From the NCBI RefSeq assembly GCF_964204645.1, contig NC_134035.1, positions 434,001 through 498,000 on the forward strand: DNA of 64,000 nucleotides, given 5' to 3'. This DNA comes from Tubulanus polymorphus (lineage: Eukaryota; Animalia; Nemertea). This document shows positions 1 to 14,300 of the stretch, one piece after another. Below the pieces are notes generated by a model that made no database searches, was not told the origin of the DNA, and worked only from the letters and a program-made list of their open reading frames with translations. Position numbers and translations under genes: made by a program. Numbering within the stretch: the first letter of the stretch is position 1; each line of letters starts with the position of its first letter.

Positions 1-600
1 TGAGAATGAGAAATGAGTATGAGAGATGAGAATGAGAGATGAGGATGAGATGAGGATGAAAGAGTGAGATGAGGATGAGTATGAGATGAGAGATGAGTAT
101 GAGATGAGTATGAGAGATGAGGATGAGAGATGAGTATGAGATGAGGATGAAAGAGTGAGATGAGTATGAGAGATGAGGATGAGAGATGAGAATGAAGTAT
201 GAGAGATGAGGATGAGAGATGGCTATGAGAGATGAGGATGAGAAATGAGTATGAGATGAGGATGAAAGAGTGAGATGAGTATGAGAGATGAGGATGAGAG
301 ATGAGAATGAAGTATGAGAGATGAGGATGAGAGATGGCTATGAGAGATGAGGATGAGAAATGAGTATGAGAGATGAGAAATGAGAATGAGAAATGAGTAT
401 GAGAGATGAGTATGAGAGATGAGTATGAGAGATGAGTATGAGAGATGAGTATGAGATGAGGATGAAAGAGTGAGATGAGGATGAGTATGAGATGAGTATG
501 AGAGATGAGTATGAGATGAGGATGAAAGAGTGAGATGAGGATGAGTATGAGAGATGAGTATGAGAGATGAGTATGAGAGATGAGGATGAGAGATGATAGA
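1..600. repeat. GAGATGAG(T/G)AT-type minisatellite
   Basis: Directly visible ~11-13-bp degenerate units. Confidence 0.95.
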
Positions 601-2324
601 GAGAGACAGAGGATAGGATTGTATATCACCTGAACTTCTATGTTCCTCGTTGTTTTCTATCCGGCAGATTCTAGATGCCGTCAGTAGTTTTAGTTTTACA
701 GTTTTTAGTTCAAACAGATATTTATCCCATCAGCAGCAAAGTCATCACATAGTTAGTCCTCGTGGACATAAAGTTCACTATAACTGAAGTCAAGTTCTCC
801 CAATATTTGTTCGTTTGTTTGTTTATCCTCCCGGTGAGTTCTAACGCTGCCAACACATATTTTATCCAGTTCATCTGATGTAGTCCTGATCATCAAACAC
901 AAACGTCAATAATTCCATCCTAATGATGACAAACATCCTAAAAGATATAAATGAAACTTTATAGATTTGAGGCAACCAATCAGTTATACACAGTGTAAAA
1001 GTTAAGTAAAGTTACTGGTGTATCAGAGAAATGGTAGGCTACTCCCCAAAATGAGTGTCAGGGGTCAAATATTTTTTGTCTCCGATTTTGATGAAATTCA
1101 GTATAAACATGTATTCTTGGGTGTTGATCACAAATCTGAACGAATTTTTCGGATCTGAGGCCCAGAAAATGAGAAATTCGAATTATTGGGGGACCCCCTA
1201 AATTTTCAAAAGGCCTTGGACCCCAGAGTTTTCGAGATATTCAAAATCTGATTGCAGATTTGGAATCAGCACCCCTGAAAATATAAAGGACTAAAATTTC
1301 AAGCAAATCGAAGAGATTCGGTTTTTTGGCCAAAAATGGCAAAAATCTAAGGTGTTAGTCCAGGAGTTTTTTTTCGGCGAAAAATTTTTTTTCCCTGATT
1401 CCTTCTAAAATTGGTAGGAATATGTATTCTAAGGTGTAGATTCCGGATCCGCAATCAGATTTTGAATCGGAATTCATCTTCATGGGCAAATATGGGTTTT
1501 AATGCCCAAAATATGCACCCCAAAAATGGGGTACAAAGTCAAAATTTTTTTTTGGCCCAATTTTAATGACACTTAGTGCAGACATGTTTTTTGGGGTGCT
1601 GATTACGAATATGGGGTTAGATTTTGGATCCGAGGCAACTAAAATGAGATATTCAGGATTTCGTGTTTTGACCCCCTTAATTTCGTCACAAATTTTGATG
1701 AAATTTGCCTGGGAAATTCGGCCCAAAATCGAATTTTATTCAATGATCAAATATTCAATTAATTTTTAAGGTAGAAATTGATGCTCTTACTAAAACCCTG
1801 TATTATAATTCCTGCAACAGAATTACAGGCTGCTTCAAATAACCACATTGACAATTCTTATGAAATGCAGTGAACAGTGTTTACAGATAAACTGCTTTCT
1901 CATAATTGTTTTGGAAACTTATAAGAAATTCTACTCACACACTCACTAGCCCTTGTCTAGCAGTAATGGTAGTCCACTGAGTTCCACAAATCCACACCTC
2001 CTGGAGTCCACCACTGACTGTATTTTTATGAGTATCAATCCACTTATAGTCCGGTTAGTTGACTAAATAGTCCAGTTAGTTCACATATAGTCTGGTTAGT
2101 TCACTAGTAGTCCAGTTAGTTCACTTATAGTCCGGTTAGTTGACTAGAAGTCCAGTTAGTTCACTAGTAGTCCGGAAGAAGTTCACTGAAGAAATAAAAC
2201 TGTGATGAATTTCAGTTGAAGTCAACATCCAGTTTCGTGATGAAGTTTACACCACAGCCCGACAGGAAAACCTGAAATACTAAAATTGAAATCACATTAA
2301 CAGGGAGACTGACTGAGAGGTTGA

Positions 2325-2745
2325 GGGAGGATGGGGTGAGAGGTTGGGGGAGGATGGGATGAGAGGTTGGGGAGGATGGGGTGAGAGGTTGAGGGAGTAT
2401 GGGGTGAGAGGTTGGGGGAGGATGTGGTGAGGGGTTGGGGAGGATGGGGTGATAGGTGGAGGAGGATGGGGTGAGAGGTTGGGGGAGGATGGGGTGAGAG
2501 GTTGAGGGAGGATGGGGTGAGAGGTTGGGGAGGATGGGGTGAGAGGTTGAGAGAGGATGGGGTGAGAGGTTGGGGAGGGTGGGTTGAGAGGTTGGGGAGG
2601 GTGGGTTGAGAGGTTGAGGGAGGGTGGGGTGAGAGGTTGAGAGAGGATGGGGTGAGAGGTAAGGGAGGGTGGGTTGAGAGGTTGGGGAGGGTGGGTTGAG
2701 AGGTTGAGGGAGGGTCGGGTGAGAGGTTGAGGGAGGATGGGTGAA
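2325..2745. repeat. G-rich minisatellite (GAGAGGTTGGGGAGGATGGGGT)n; shorter copy at ~5865-6010
   Basis: Directly visible; source of the Pro/Ser/Leu spurious ORFs. Confidence 0.95.
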
Positions 2746-3360
2746 AAGGGAAGCAAAACAGTACAATAACTCTGACATAGTAAAGGCTTAAGCAAAAGTT
2801 TTCAGCAGTTTTCAGTCACACTGGATTAACAGATTCACGTTTTACACAAGAGCCCAGCCTGTGGCAGTGGAAGAAAGCTGGTGTAACCTGCTGAACAAGA
2901 TGTGGTGCTGGAGGAAGTTAAAGAACAGTTCATCAAGATTTGTGAAACTATCGCCTGCTGCACCATGTGCAATGCAAGCGGCTAGGGTAGTGCGGCCCGT
3001 GTAGGCTAGAAAGTGGTTTTTGAAACCGAGTGAGGTCCCTGTTCGTGTTAGCCTAGCACCTAGCCGTCGTTACCCAAACAACCCGGAACCCGTAGTAACA
3101 ACAACTGACTGATTCAGACTAAATTTGAGTAGGTCCCGGCCTCCACTGACTGTCGTGAAGTGTCTGCGAAGTCACTGGAGTGAGGTCCCCCTAAACTGTG
3201 TGTACCTGAGGACATGAAAATGAAATATCAAGCATGAATTTTTATCTTTTTTACCAATATCGAAATTCGTACATTTAGAATCAGCGTGGCTTTAAAGTCT
3301 TTATCAATTGAGGGAATAGTTCACTGTAAATAAAGAATTAGCGATTGAATTGAGCCCGCT

Positions 3361-4057
3361 CCACAGTAAAATAGCGCGATTAATTCAATCTCGACCGTCT
3401 AGTGCTGCCGCTATGTATAACGATAGCGTGGAAAATGTGAACTAACATAATACTCGCTTGCCAGAGTCTTCGAACGGCAGGAGTGGACGAACTAATTACC
3501 GATTGGCGGGCCGGATTCCGAGGAAAATTCTCAAACTCTGAAAACTGCTCTGAAACGTTCGAACCAAACAATTTTTCTATAAGAGAATGAGCCTTAAAAG
3601 AGTTAATTTGAATCGGGGTATTTCTAGTATGGTCTGGGAGAGAGCGACAGGTGTTTGTAAGTTCCCTGTTTATTTGCGCGTAAATAGAATATATCGAAGA
3701 AGAAATATTGACATTTTGTCAATTCTGATGATATATTATCATTAAAAAATGAAAATGAATAATTTATTCTGTATACAAATACTATATTTATTGATAAGTA
3801 AGTGAATTTTAGCTAAAAAAAATTAAATATGTTACCTAAAAATAAGGAAATATCATACAAAATTCAGAACGTATTCATAGTATCATATTTAATCAGAATT
3901 AGACGACACACTGGTCTGTATTGTACGTAATAAGGACATTTAAATTCCGGCGGTAAATATGCGCTACTATTTTAGTTCACAGAAATTCCGCTATCGTTAT
4001 TCATAGGGGCAGCACTGTACGGTAAATATCTAACTCATCCTCGCTATGTTACTGTGG
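3361..4057. mobile_element. MITE-like element with ~110-bp imperfect TIRs (second copy 6391-7074)
   Basis: ccacagtaaaatagcg...gtgctgccgctatgtataacgatagcg is inverted relative to cgctatcgttattcataggggcagcac...cgctatgttactgtgg. Confidence 0.7.
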
Positions 4058-7000
4058 CATGCGAGCAATACAGATATTTTTCTTAGCCGATTTCGTTGAT
4101 TTTCTAATACGATTCCATTGTATATGAATAATTCTACTATCGTTTAAGGTTTTTAGAAGGGGATTCTCTTTTTAAAACGAATTTCAAACCGTTTGTGATA
4201 GAACTCTTTTGTCTGCGGAATGTATTAGCATCCATCAAAGCGCTAAGCTCACATGCCAAAGGAAGAATTTCAAGCAAATTAAATTTTATTCTCTAAAATA
4301 GTGCATTCAACTACCACTATTCACTGTAACCAGAAATAATGCTCGGAAACTATTAAAGAAGAGTAAATTTGAAGTCAAGTTCTCCCAATATTTGTTCGTT
4401 TGTTTGTTTATCCTCCCGGTGAGTTCTAACACTGCCAACACATATTTATCCAGTTCATCTGATCCTGATCATCAAACTCAAAAAGTCAATAATTCCATCC
4501 TAATGATGAGAAACATCCTAAAAGATATAAATGAAACTTAATAGATTTGAGGCCACCAAACAGTTATACACAGTGTAAGAGTTAAGTCTAGTTACCGGTA
4601 TATCAGAGAAATGGCAATCTAAGGTAGGCTACTCCCCAAAATGAGTGTCAGGGGTCAAATATTTTTTGTCTCCGATTTTGATGAAATTCCGGTTAGACAT
4701 GTATTCTGGGGTGCTGATCACAAATCTGAACGAATTTTTCGGATCTGAGGCCCAGAAAATGATAAATTCGAATTATTGGGGGACCCCCCTAAATTTTCAA
4801 AAGGCCTTGGACCCCAGAGTTTTTGAGATATTCAAAATCTGATTGCAGATTTGGAATCAGCACCCTTGACAATATAAATGACTGAAATTTCAAGCAAATC
4901 GAAGAGATTCGATTTTTTGGCAAAAAATGGCAAAAATCTAAGGTGTGTTAGTCCAGGAGTTTTTTTTCGGCGAAAAATTTTTTTTCTCTGATTCCTTCGA
5001 AATTTGGTAGGAATATGTATTCTGAGGTGTAGATTCCGGATCCGCAATCAGATTTTGAATCAGAATTCATCTTCATGGGCAAATAAGGGTTTTAATGCCC
5101 AAAATATGCACCCCAAAAATGGGGTACAAAGTCAAAATATTTTTTTGGCCCAATTTTAATAAAATTTAGTGCAGACATGTTTTTTGGGGTGCTGGTTACA
5201 AATATGAGGTTAGATTTAGGATCCGAGGCTCCTAAAATGAGATATTCAGGATTTTGTGTTTTGACCCCCTTAATTTCGTCACAAATTTTGATGAAATTCG
5301 CCCGCGAAATTCGGTCCAAAAACGATTTTTATTCAATGATGTCAAATATTCAATTAATTTTTAATATTTAATTAATTTTTAAGGTAGAAATTGATGCTCT
5401 TACTAAAAACCCTGAATTATAATTCCTGCAACACAATTACAGCCTGCTTCAAATAACCACATTGACAATTCTTATGAAATGCAGTGAACAGTGTTTACAG
5501 ATAAACTGCTTTCTCATAATTGTTTCGGAAACTTTTAAGAAATTCTACTCACACTCACCAGCCCTTGTCTAGCAGTAATGGTAGTCCACCGAGTCCCACA
5601 AATCCACAGAGTTCAACACCTCCTGAAGTCCACCACTGACTGTTTTTTATGAGTATCAATCTAAATGGTCCTAAATGGACTAAATGGTCCGGTTAGTTCA
5701 CATATAGTCTGGTTAGTTCACTAGTAGTCCGGAAGAAGTAAAACTGTGATAAATTTCAGTTGAAGTCCACCACATCCAGTATTCGTGATGAAGTTTACAC
5801 CACAGCCCGACAGAGGAAAACCTGAAATACTAAAATTGAAATCACATTAACAGGGAGACTGACTGAGAGGTTGGGGGAGGATGGGGTGAGAGGTTGGGGA
5901 GGATGGGGTGAGAGGTTGAGGGAGGATGGGGCGAGAGGTTGGGGACAATGGGATGATGAGGTTGGGTGAGGTTGAAGGAGGATGGGGTGAGAGGTTGAGG
6001 AAGGATGGGTGAAAAGGGGAGCAAAACAGTACAATTACTCTGACATAGTAGCCTAAAGGCTTCAGCAAAGGTTTTCAGCAGTTTTCAGTCCCCTGGTCAC
6101 ACTGGTTTAACAGATTCTCGTTTTTCACAAGAGCCCAGCCTGTGGCAGGGAGAAAGCCATTGTAACTAACTGGTCGAGTCAGGGCCTGACTAGTGTGTCG
6201 TGACGTGTTTGCGGTGGAGTGAGGTCTCCCTGTGCGTCCCCGGGGCCCTGAGTACATAAAATATGATGAATTCTTATCATTTTACCCAATTCAAAAGTCG
6301 TACATTTAAAATCATCGTGGCTTTAAAGTCTTTATCAATTGAGGGAATAGTTCACTGTAAATAAAGAATTAGCGATTGAATTGAGCCCGCTCCACAGTAA
6401 AAATAGTGCGATCTAATCTTGACCATCTAGTGCTGCCCCTATGTATAACGATAGCGTGGAAAACGTGAACTAACATAATACTCGCTTGCCAGAGTCTTCG
6501 AACGGCCGTAGTGGACGAACTAATTACCGATTTGCGGGCCGGATTCCGAGGAAATTTCTCAAACTCTGAAAACTGCTCTGAAACATCTGGCCAAACAATT
6601 TTTCTATGAAAGAATAAGCCTTGAAAGAGTACTTTTGAATCGGGGTATTTCTAGTATGGTCTGGGAGAGAGCGACAGGTGTTTGTATGTTCCCTGATTAT
6701 TTCTGCGCAATTAGAATATATCGAAGAAAAAATATGGACATTTTGTCAATTTTATCATTCAAAAATGTAAACGAATAAGTTATTCTGTATATAAATACTA
6801 CATTAATTGATAGGTAAGTGAATTTTAGCTAAAAGAATTAAATATGTTACCTAAAAAATTAGGAAATATCATACAAAATTCAGAACGTTTTCATAGTATC
6901 ATATTCAATCAGAATTAGGCGCCACACTGGTCCGTATCGTACGTAATAAGGAAATTTAAATTCCGGCGGTAAATATGCACTACTATTTTAGTTCACAGAA

Positions 7001-9050
7001 ATTCCGCTACCGTAATTCATAGGGGCAGCACTGTACGGTAGATATCTAACTCGGCCTCGCTATCTTACTGTGGAATGCGAGTAATAAAGAGATTTTTCTT
7101 AGCCGAATTTCGTTCAATGTTTAATACGATTCCATTGTATATGAATAATTCTACTGTCGTTTAAGGTTTTTTGAAGGGGATCATCCTTTTAAAACGAATT
7201 TCAAACCATTTTTGATAGAACTGTTTTGTCAGCGGAATGTATTAGCATCCGGTAAAGCGATAGGCTCACATGCCAAAGGAAGAATTCTGAGCAAATTAAA
7301 TTTTATTCTCTAAAATAGTGCATTCAACTACCACTAACACTGTAACCAGAAAAAATGCTCTGAAACTATTAAAGGAACAACTTTCTATGAAAGAATTAGG
7401 CTTAAGAGTAAATTTGAATCGGGGATATTCCTAGTTTCGTCCGGGAGAGAACGACAGGTTCTAGATGCCACACAGTTTTTTTTCAGTTGCCCTGTTTTTA
7501 GTTCAAAAGCAAATCGGTAGTGTCACATATTTAGTCCTCGTAAAGTTCACTATAACTGACGTCAAGTTCTCCCAATATTTGTTCGATTGTTTGTTTATCC
7601 TCTCGGTGAGTTCTAACGCTTGCCAACATCCAGTTCGATGTAGTCCTGATCAACAAACAAAAATGTCAATATATAGTTCCTAATGATGACAAACATCCTA
7701 AAAACAGACATGAGTCATTTTGGCCAAATTTTCATCTTCAGGAAAAATGTGGTAATGTATTCTGATGGTGAAGAGTAAGAAGTGAATGGTGATTGTGACC
7801 AATTCTTGCTAAACTTGCGAAAACATTCCAAATTTAGACACATTACTTAGAGCTTCAAATTTCCACTCAGCAAAATTGATCCAAGATGGTTTAGATATCG
7901 TCATACATGTATAGATCCCTCCAGTGGTGTATAGTAAAGTATCTGTATATTTTGTCAATAACTTTCATGTCACCAATGTTTTCAAAATGTTTTTATTTCT
8001 ATCTCGATTAACAAAATTATTTTTCCCCATTTACCATGTAAATGGTAGGCGAGTAATGGAATTATCTTGGCGATCTGGTTTTAACTACTCTTCTGTTCAA
8101 AATGGTTTTAGCATTATATTTTTTTTCACTTTAAACATTTCAACCAGTTCACCATAGATCAACAAGGGAGAGGAAATTCAGAATAAGCTCTATAGAGAAG
8201 GGATGTGCTTGGGGTCTATATCCCGAAGTGCTGGAGTTACATCTTCTTTCTTCACTTTTCCAAGATAAAACCAATGAATAAAAAGAAATTCATGGGGTTG
8301 GATCATTCATAGCTATTGGATTTTATCCTCTTTCATTCATTTTTCACCTTCTGCTGTTCACAAATAAAATCCCGTTTTGAGAACAAAAATCCAAATGAAC
8401 AAACAACAAATATCAAACAATCATAAAAGGTCATGTTTTTCCAAATGAATTTAAACATATAAATACATCTCTATCTACATTTTTAGAACACACGTGTTTA
8501 TATGTAATCGTGTTCAAAATTATATACACTCTAACTCTTCAATGAAAATGAAAACATACAAAGTTTACATGACTTAATTAGACTTTGCCTGTTTAACATA
8601 TTATAAAAATGAGATCATATGAAATCGCGAGTAGCTATTTATTATCACTGCTAGTTTCTATTTAATAGATTGAATATATAACCCGAGTAACCATCATCAG
8701 TATCAGTGCAAATCACAAAATACTGATAAAATCTTCCAACAAAATCACCCTCACGATTTTTATAAGTTTTATCTTTGTAACCTAGACAAACCTGGACTGT
8801 GAAAAACTGGAATGTTTCACAATCACAAAAACACAATCATAATATTTCAACATCAAGCCACTAGAAAAACAGGAATGTTTCAGAATCATCAAATTTTTCC
8901 CTTTACGGTTTTAATATAACTGTATTCATTATACAACAGTTTATCAAGATCTTTCTGTATCACAAGAAAAATCACACAAAATTCATCGTATATTTCCACA
9001 TCAAATACTTCTATTTTATCGCTTGAACAACCTGAGTAATTATATATCAG

Positions 9051-9054
<4 letters not shown>

Positions 9055-9097
<43 letters not shown>
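9055..9097. repeat. (TA)n microsatellite
   Basis: Directly visible. Confidence 0.95.
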
Positions 9098-9101
<4 letters not shown>

Positions 9102-10917
9102 ATATCTAGTGGCACGGAATGCAATTCACAAAATAGTAACATTTTTCAACAAAATCACCTCACTGTTCTATATCTTATTCTTGTAACCTAAACCATATTC
9201 CTATGCGGACTTTCGTAACCTGACCTTGAAACCTTAAATGAGGAAAATTCTTATAACAAGAAAAACGGGAATGTTTCATAATCACAAAAATCATCATAGT
9301 ACTTCCGCATTTAAATCTATTTATGCCACACCACTGGAAAAACAGGAATATTTCAAAATCATCAGATTTCTTCCTTCATGGTTTAACACTGTTTAACACA
9401 GTATCTAAATCTAATTGTTTCACAAAAATGTTTCCTATATTTTCACGCACAACAGTTTATCAAAATCTGTATCAAAATTTCTTTCAATGATTATTCCATT
9501 TCTTCATTTTACAGTTTTAATCGTATATCACTGTGTTTATCAGAATTTTTGTCAACTCTTTTCTTACAGCTACAAAACATTTTTCGACCAACACAAACTT
9601 CACACAAGTAATTCATAATCTCCTTTTCAATGAAATATCTATACCATAGATTTCTATAGTCTATTCAAAATTTCTATTACTCTATCTAGGTTTCTTCATT
9701 TTTCAGCAGTTTTTCACCGATCGACTCAAGAATTAAAGTCAATCAACTTCGATCAAACATTAAAGATTATTTGATAGATATTCAACCACACTAAAACAAC
9801 ATGAAACGCTTTAAATCAATCTCTTGAATAGAATCGTATTCATAATTCGACAATTCAGTTTATTTTCAGTTATTCACTTTTCTATGTCCAGTCCATCATA
9901 ATAAATATTCTAACTTCTAAAATTTACTGATTTACAATTCAATTATTCACCAAATATCCTAATAATATTCACCACAATCTCTAAACTCAAATTATTGACA
10001 GATCAACAGTTCAGTAATTCATCTACGTTTGTCTAAATCCTATTTCAGTGACTTCAAATTTGTAATCAAATATCACATATAAACCTGCACTAGATTATTC
10101 TAAACTTGACTCAACTGTTAACTACCCGGTATTCGATTTATGTTTGTATTATTCAAATCTGTTAATTCAACTGCTTCTTCACAATATTCTTTTCTTATTG
10201 TCTAAGATATTTATGCCTTATTTTCTTAGAAATTTTTTTTTCTTTTCTTACAATAATATATTTTTTTCCTTTCTTACAATAATATATCTTTTCCTTTCTT
10301 ACAATAATATATCTTTTCCTTTCTTACAATGATATATTTTTTTCCTTTCTTACAATAATATATCTTTTCTTTTCTTACAATTTATTTTTTCTTTTCTTAC
10401 AATAATAATATATTTTTTCTTTTCTTACAATAATATATTTTTTCGATAATTCAAGCTTTAATGTTATCTTTTAGGTTTCTCAAAATATGTTTTATGTTTA
10501 ACATATCTCTCTTTATGTTTCCTACAATTTATTTTCTAATCATCTAAAATATCAATCCAAGTTTTTTTTTTTTCGAATACAAATATTTTTCAACCACTAA
10601 AATCCTGTAGTCGTCGTTGCTGAAGTTGTCGTCATCGTCGATGAAGCGTTTACGAATTTTAAAACGAGTCTAATTACGCGAAGTAACCAAACGTAGTAAC
10701 GAACGAACGAACGAGGCGATTCAGCTCCCTTAACTCCTTCCACTACCCGATTACACAACGTACACTTTCAACCAAATTTTTCTTTCTGGAAAATATCTCG
10801 AGATCGCAAGCGAGAAGGAACGCTAGCGAGTAATTTGTGCACTGGAACGTTTTTGATTCGACCTGTTTCGTTATTACTCGCGATCGTGACGTATTGGACT
10901 ATATACGACAGCCCTAT

Positions 10918-11045
10918 GACAGATAGCGGGTTACTGGATCTACGACAGATAGCGGGTTACTGGATCTACGACAGATAGCGGGTTACTGGATCTACGACAG
11001 ATAGCGGGTTACTGGATCTACGACAGATAGCGGGTTACTTGATCC
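10918..11045. repeat. 26-bp tandem repeat (AGATAGCGGGTTACTGGATCTACGAC), ~5 copies
   Basis: Directly visible. Confidence 0.9.
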
Positions 11046-11384
11046 TTGGTGTCTCAACTCAGTTCGTCTCGTTTCTTTGTTACTGATGAACATGACGTAT
11101 TGTATCATATAAGCCTTTTCGCTGTGGGTATCATTCAACTTTCATACTCGATATCGCATTGTATGAGACGGTCCCGTAAGACTGGATAGCATAGCAGGTG
11201 ACTCTCACGCATTTATATCAGACAGTCTCTTGACTGATAACAGCAAACCTGATGTTTCGATAGATTGAATTGTTTCTATGTTACTTTACATCGCAAGATT
11301 GATGTTTTGTAATCACATTGGTTTGGTACATTTTTTTCTGAATGCGATTTTTCACACTGTTCGGCACATCCTGCTTTACAGTTC

Positions 11385-14300
11385 ATATCATAAAAGCAGC
11401 AAATTGTAGAAACTGAAAAACAACAAAATAATCAAAATATAAATATAGATTTCAATCCGATCAAAATATTACAAAGCAACAAAGTAATTCAAATACAAGG
11501 AATTATGAGAAAGTAATATTTACCTGATTTGCTTGAGTTGTTTGTCCAGTTGATGGAACTGATAGCGATACCGTCCACGAGACGCAACTGATAGCAATAC
11601 TGTCCACGAGACGCAACTGATAGCGATACCGTCCACGAGACGCAACTGATAGCGTTACTGTCCACGAGATGCAACTGATAGCGATACCGTCCACGAGATG
11701 CAACTGATAGCAATATAGTGGATTTTGATTGATCAGATTTGTTCACACTGTACGACGTTGTTTTTGCGAAGCAGTGTTTTCCGGTTCATAGTAACAACAG
11801 CAAATTGGAGAAACTGAAATGATAAAACAAAATATAAATACAGATTTCAAACACATCAAAATATTACACAAAACTACAAATTTTAAAGTGAGAAGTGATG
11901 AGAAAGATAATTACCTGATTTGCTTGAGTTGTTTGCCCAGTTGACCGTTGAATGTTGGTGGAGTAATAGACTGAATGACTCCAAGATAGAGTTGACATTA
12001 GATCTGACCATTGAGTCGACATTTAGCCGAGAGTAGCGTTGGCCGCAGTTTGAGTTGACAGTACTGAGTTGATCGCAGGGTTAGATGACCACCGCACGTT
12101 GACGGTAAATGATAGCAGTGCCAGTCGATCACGTGGTGAGTTGACAGTAGATTCAGTTGACCACTGCGCGTTGACGGTAAATGATAGCAGAGCGAATCAA
12201 TCGATAGCACGGAGTTGATCACTGACATTAGATCTTACCGGTTTTGAGTAAGTTGACCACTGAACGTGTGGTCATAGAGTGGATGTTGTATCAGGAGTTA
12301 ACGGAGCCAATTAGTTGTTACTATGGTTACTATTGTTGTCCATCGTTGCCATTCCCGTTGTTGTCGTTATCGTCGTTGATTTACAATATATATTTTTTTC
12401 TTACAATATTTTTTTTTTCTTACATAATTTTTTTTCTTTCATTACACAAACGTTTTTTTCCCTTGTTCGAACCTGAGTCGACTGAAATGTCGAACAATGA
12501 ATAATCGTATCACATCGAGATTTTTCATAATTGATTTTGATGAAGTCACATGAGACTTGAAATAATGTTTACAGGTTCGGTCCCTGAAGATACACATTAT
12601 TTCTACTAAACTGAAAAGTGTTAAAGACTTTATCATTTCTAAACACTTCGGGTTCTTTTGAACCGAGCATCAAATGCAAAACATGGAAACTAAAACATAC
12701 ATGATTCCATGAATAAGAAACTCCTTTTAGGATTTTACTTTGATGACAATAAATTTCACAAAAACTTCCCAACAAATTTTCCAAAGTTGAGAAGTTCGAT
12801 ATCAGGTTCAGTTTATGAAGTTATGAATAAGACATAACTTCATAACTGTTGTAGTTTTTGCTGAAAATGAAAGTATTTGATACCAAAAATAGCAGATTTT
12901 GATATCACACAAAACTTGGTAATTTTATAGTGACAGGTTCGGTCCCTGTAAGCCGAGAAATGTTAGAGATTTCTCCTTAGAAATTTTGTACTTGTTCAAA
13001 ACCAGCATCGAATACAAAACATGGAAACTAAAAAGAAATTCCAACAGGAAAATCCTTTCAGTTTCAATAATTTGATGACGATATCTGTAAGAAAAACGAA
13101 TGCCAAATTTCAGAAGTTCAATATCAGGACCAGATCATGAAAATCTATGAATAAGACTTAACTGATACTGTAGTCGTTTTTTGGCTAAAAATGAAAGTAA
13201 TTTGACGTCAAAAAATGGCAATTTAATCAAAAATGATGACGAAATTATCCAGATTTAGAGAGCATTTTGACTGTTGCTCAACGTTGTTTAAAGTTCACCA
13301 TCTGGCTCATTGGTAAGAGTAAACCAGATATAATAATCTGTGCAGTTTCAGGTTCGATTCCTGATGACAATTTCTGAAATTGGAAAAATTTCACAAAGTG
13401 TTTCCAACGTAGACACGAGATTTTATTCACGTGTTTCACTTGAGCTTTTCATTTCAATAAAAATAGGATTCTATTCAGGTAAAATTCCCGAATAATGAAT
13501 GCCTCAAAATAATTTGGTCGTTTTTCAAAAGGCAATTCATTGGAAATCATAGAAGTTTCCTTTGTTAAGTTCAGCTTCGTGAGTTCGAAGACTCAAATCA
13601 TCAAATCTTTCAACTAGAATTAGTAATTAGTACATTGCTTACGCATGATTTAACTTTTTGTGTTAAATCTGAACTCAGAACCCTATAGAACTGCGTCCTG
13701 CCGTTTAGTAATACATCATTATCATCCAGAATGATTTATCCATTTACAGGTTCAAATCCTGTTGGCAAGAAAATTGAATTAGGCAAATAACTGAGATTCC
13801 ATATTTAAATTCTGAAGGAAATGATAGTTTCACGGATCATGGATCAATTTGGTCTCGATTTCAAAGATTTGATAGACAATTTTGATATTTCAATATGGAA
13901 CATTTGATCTCAATTTCATAGGATTGAGACGCACATTTGATCATTTTGGTCTCAATTTCACAGATTTGATATCCAAAATTCTTTGAATATCAATTTCTCT
14001 TGAGTATCGACTTTGCGCTTCGACCGTCCCATATCATAACAGCAGCAAATTGTAGAAACTGAAAAACAACAAAACAATCAAAACATAAATATAGATTTCA
14101 ATCCAATCAAAATGTTACAAATCTATAAAGTAATTCGAATACAAGGAATTATGACAAAGAAATATTTACCTGATTTGCTTGAGTTGTTTGTCCAGTTGGT
14201 GGAACTGATTGCGATACCGTCCACGAGACGCAACTGATAGCGATACTGTCCACGAGATGCAACTGATAGCGATACCGTCCACGAGATGCAACTGATAGCG

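Larger units (their letters stand above)
790..7700. repeat. Tandem segmental duplication (~790-4370 and ~4372-7370, partial third copy ~7465-7700)
   Basis: Colinear repeated blocks, e.g. gaagtcaagttctcccaatatttg near 786, 4371 and (degenerate) 7560. ORFs 1499/5092 and 1566/5177 are duplicates. Confidence 0.92.

Noticed and set aside
2212-2795. Pro/Ser-rich ORFs (188 and 167 aa) and copies at 5795-6068
   Set aside because: They are translations of a G-rich minisatellite that is open in several frames.
7710-8350. Decayed minus-strand coding-like sequence
   Set aside because: Multiple stops and no recognisable motif; cannot be assigned without TBLASTX.
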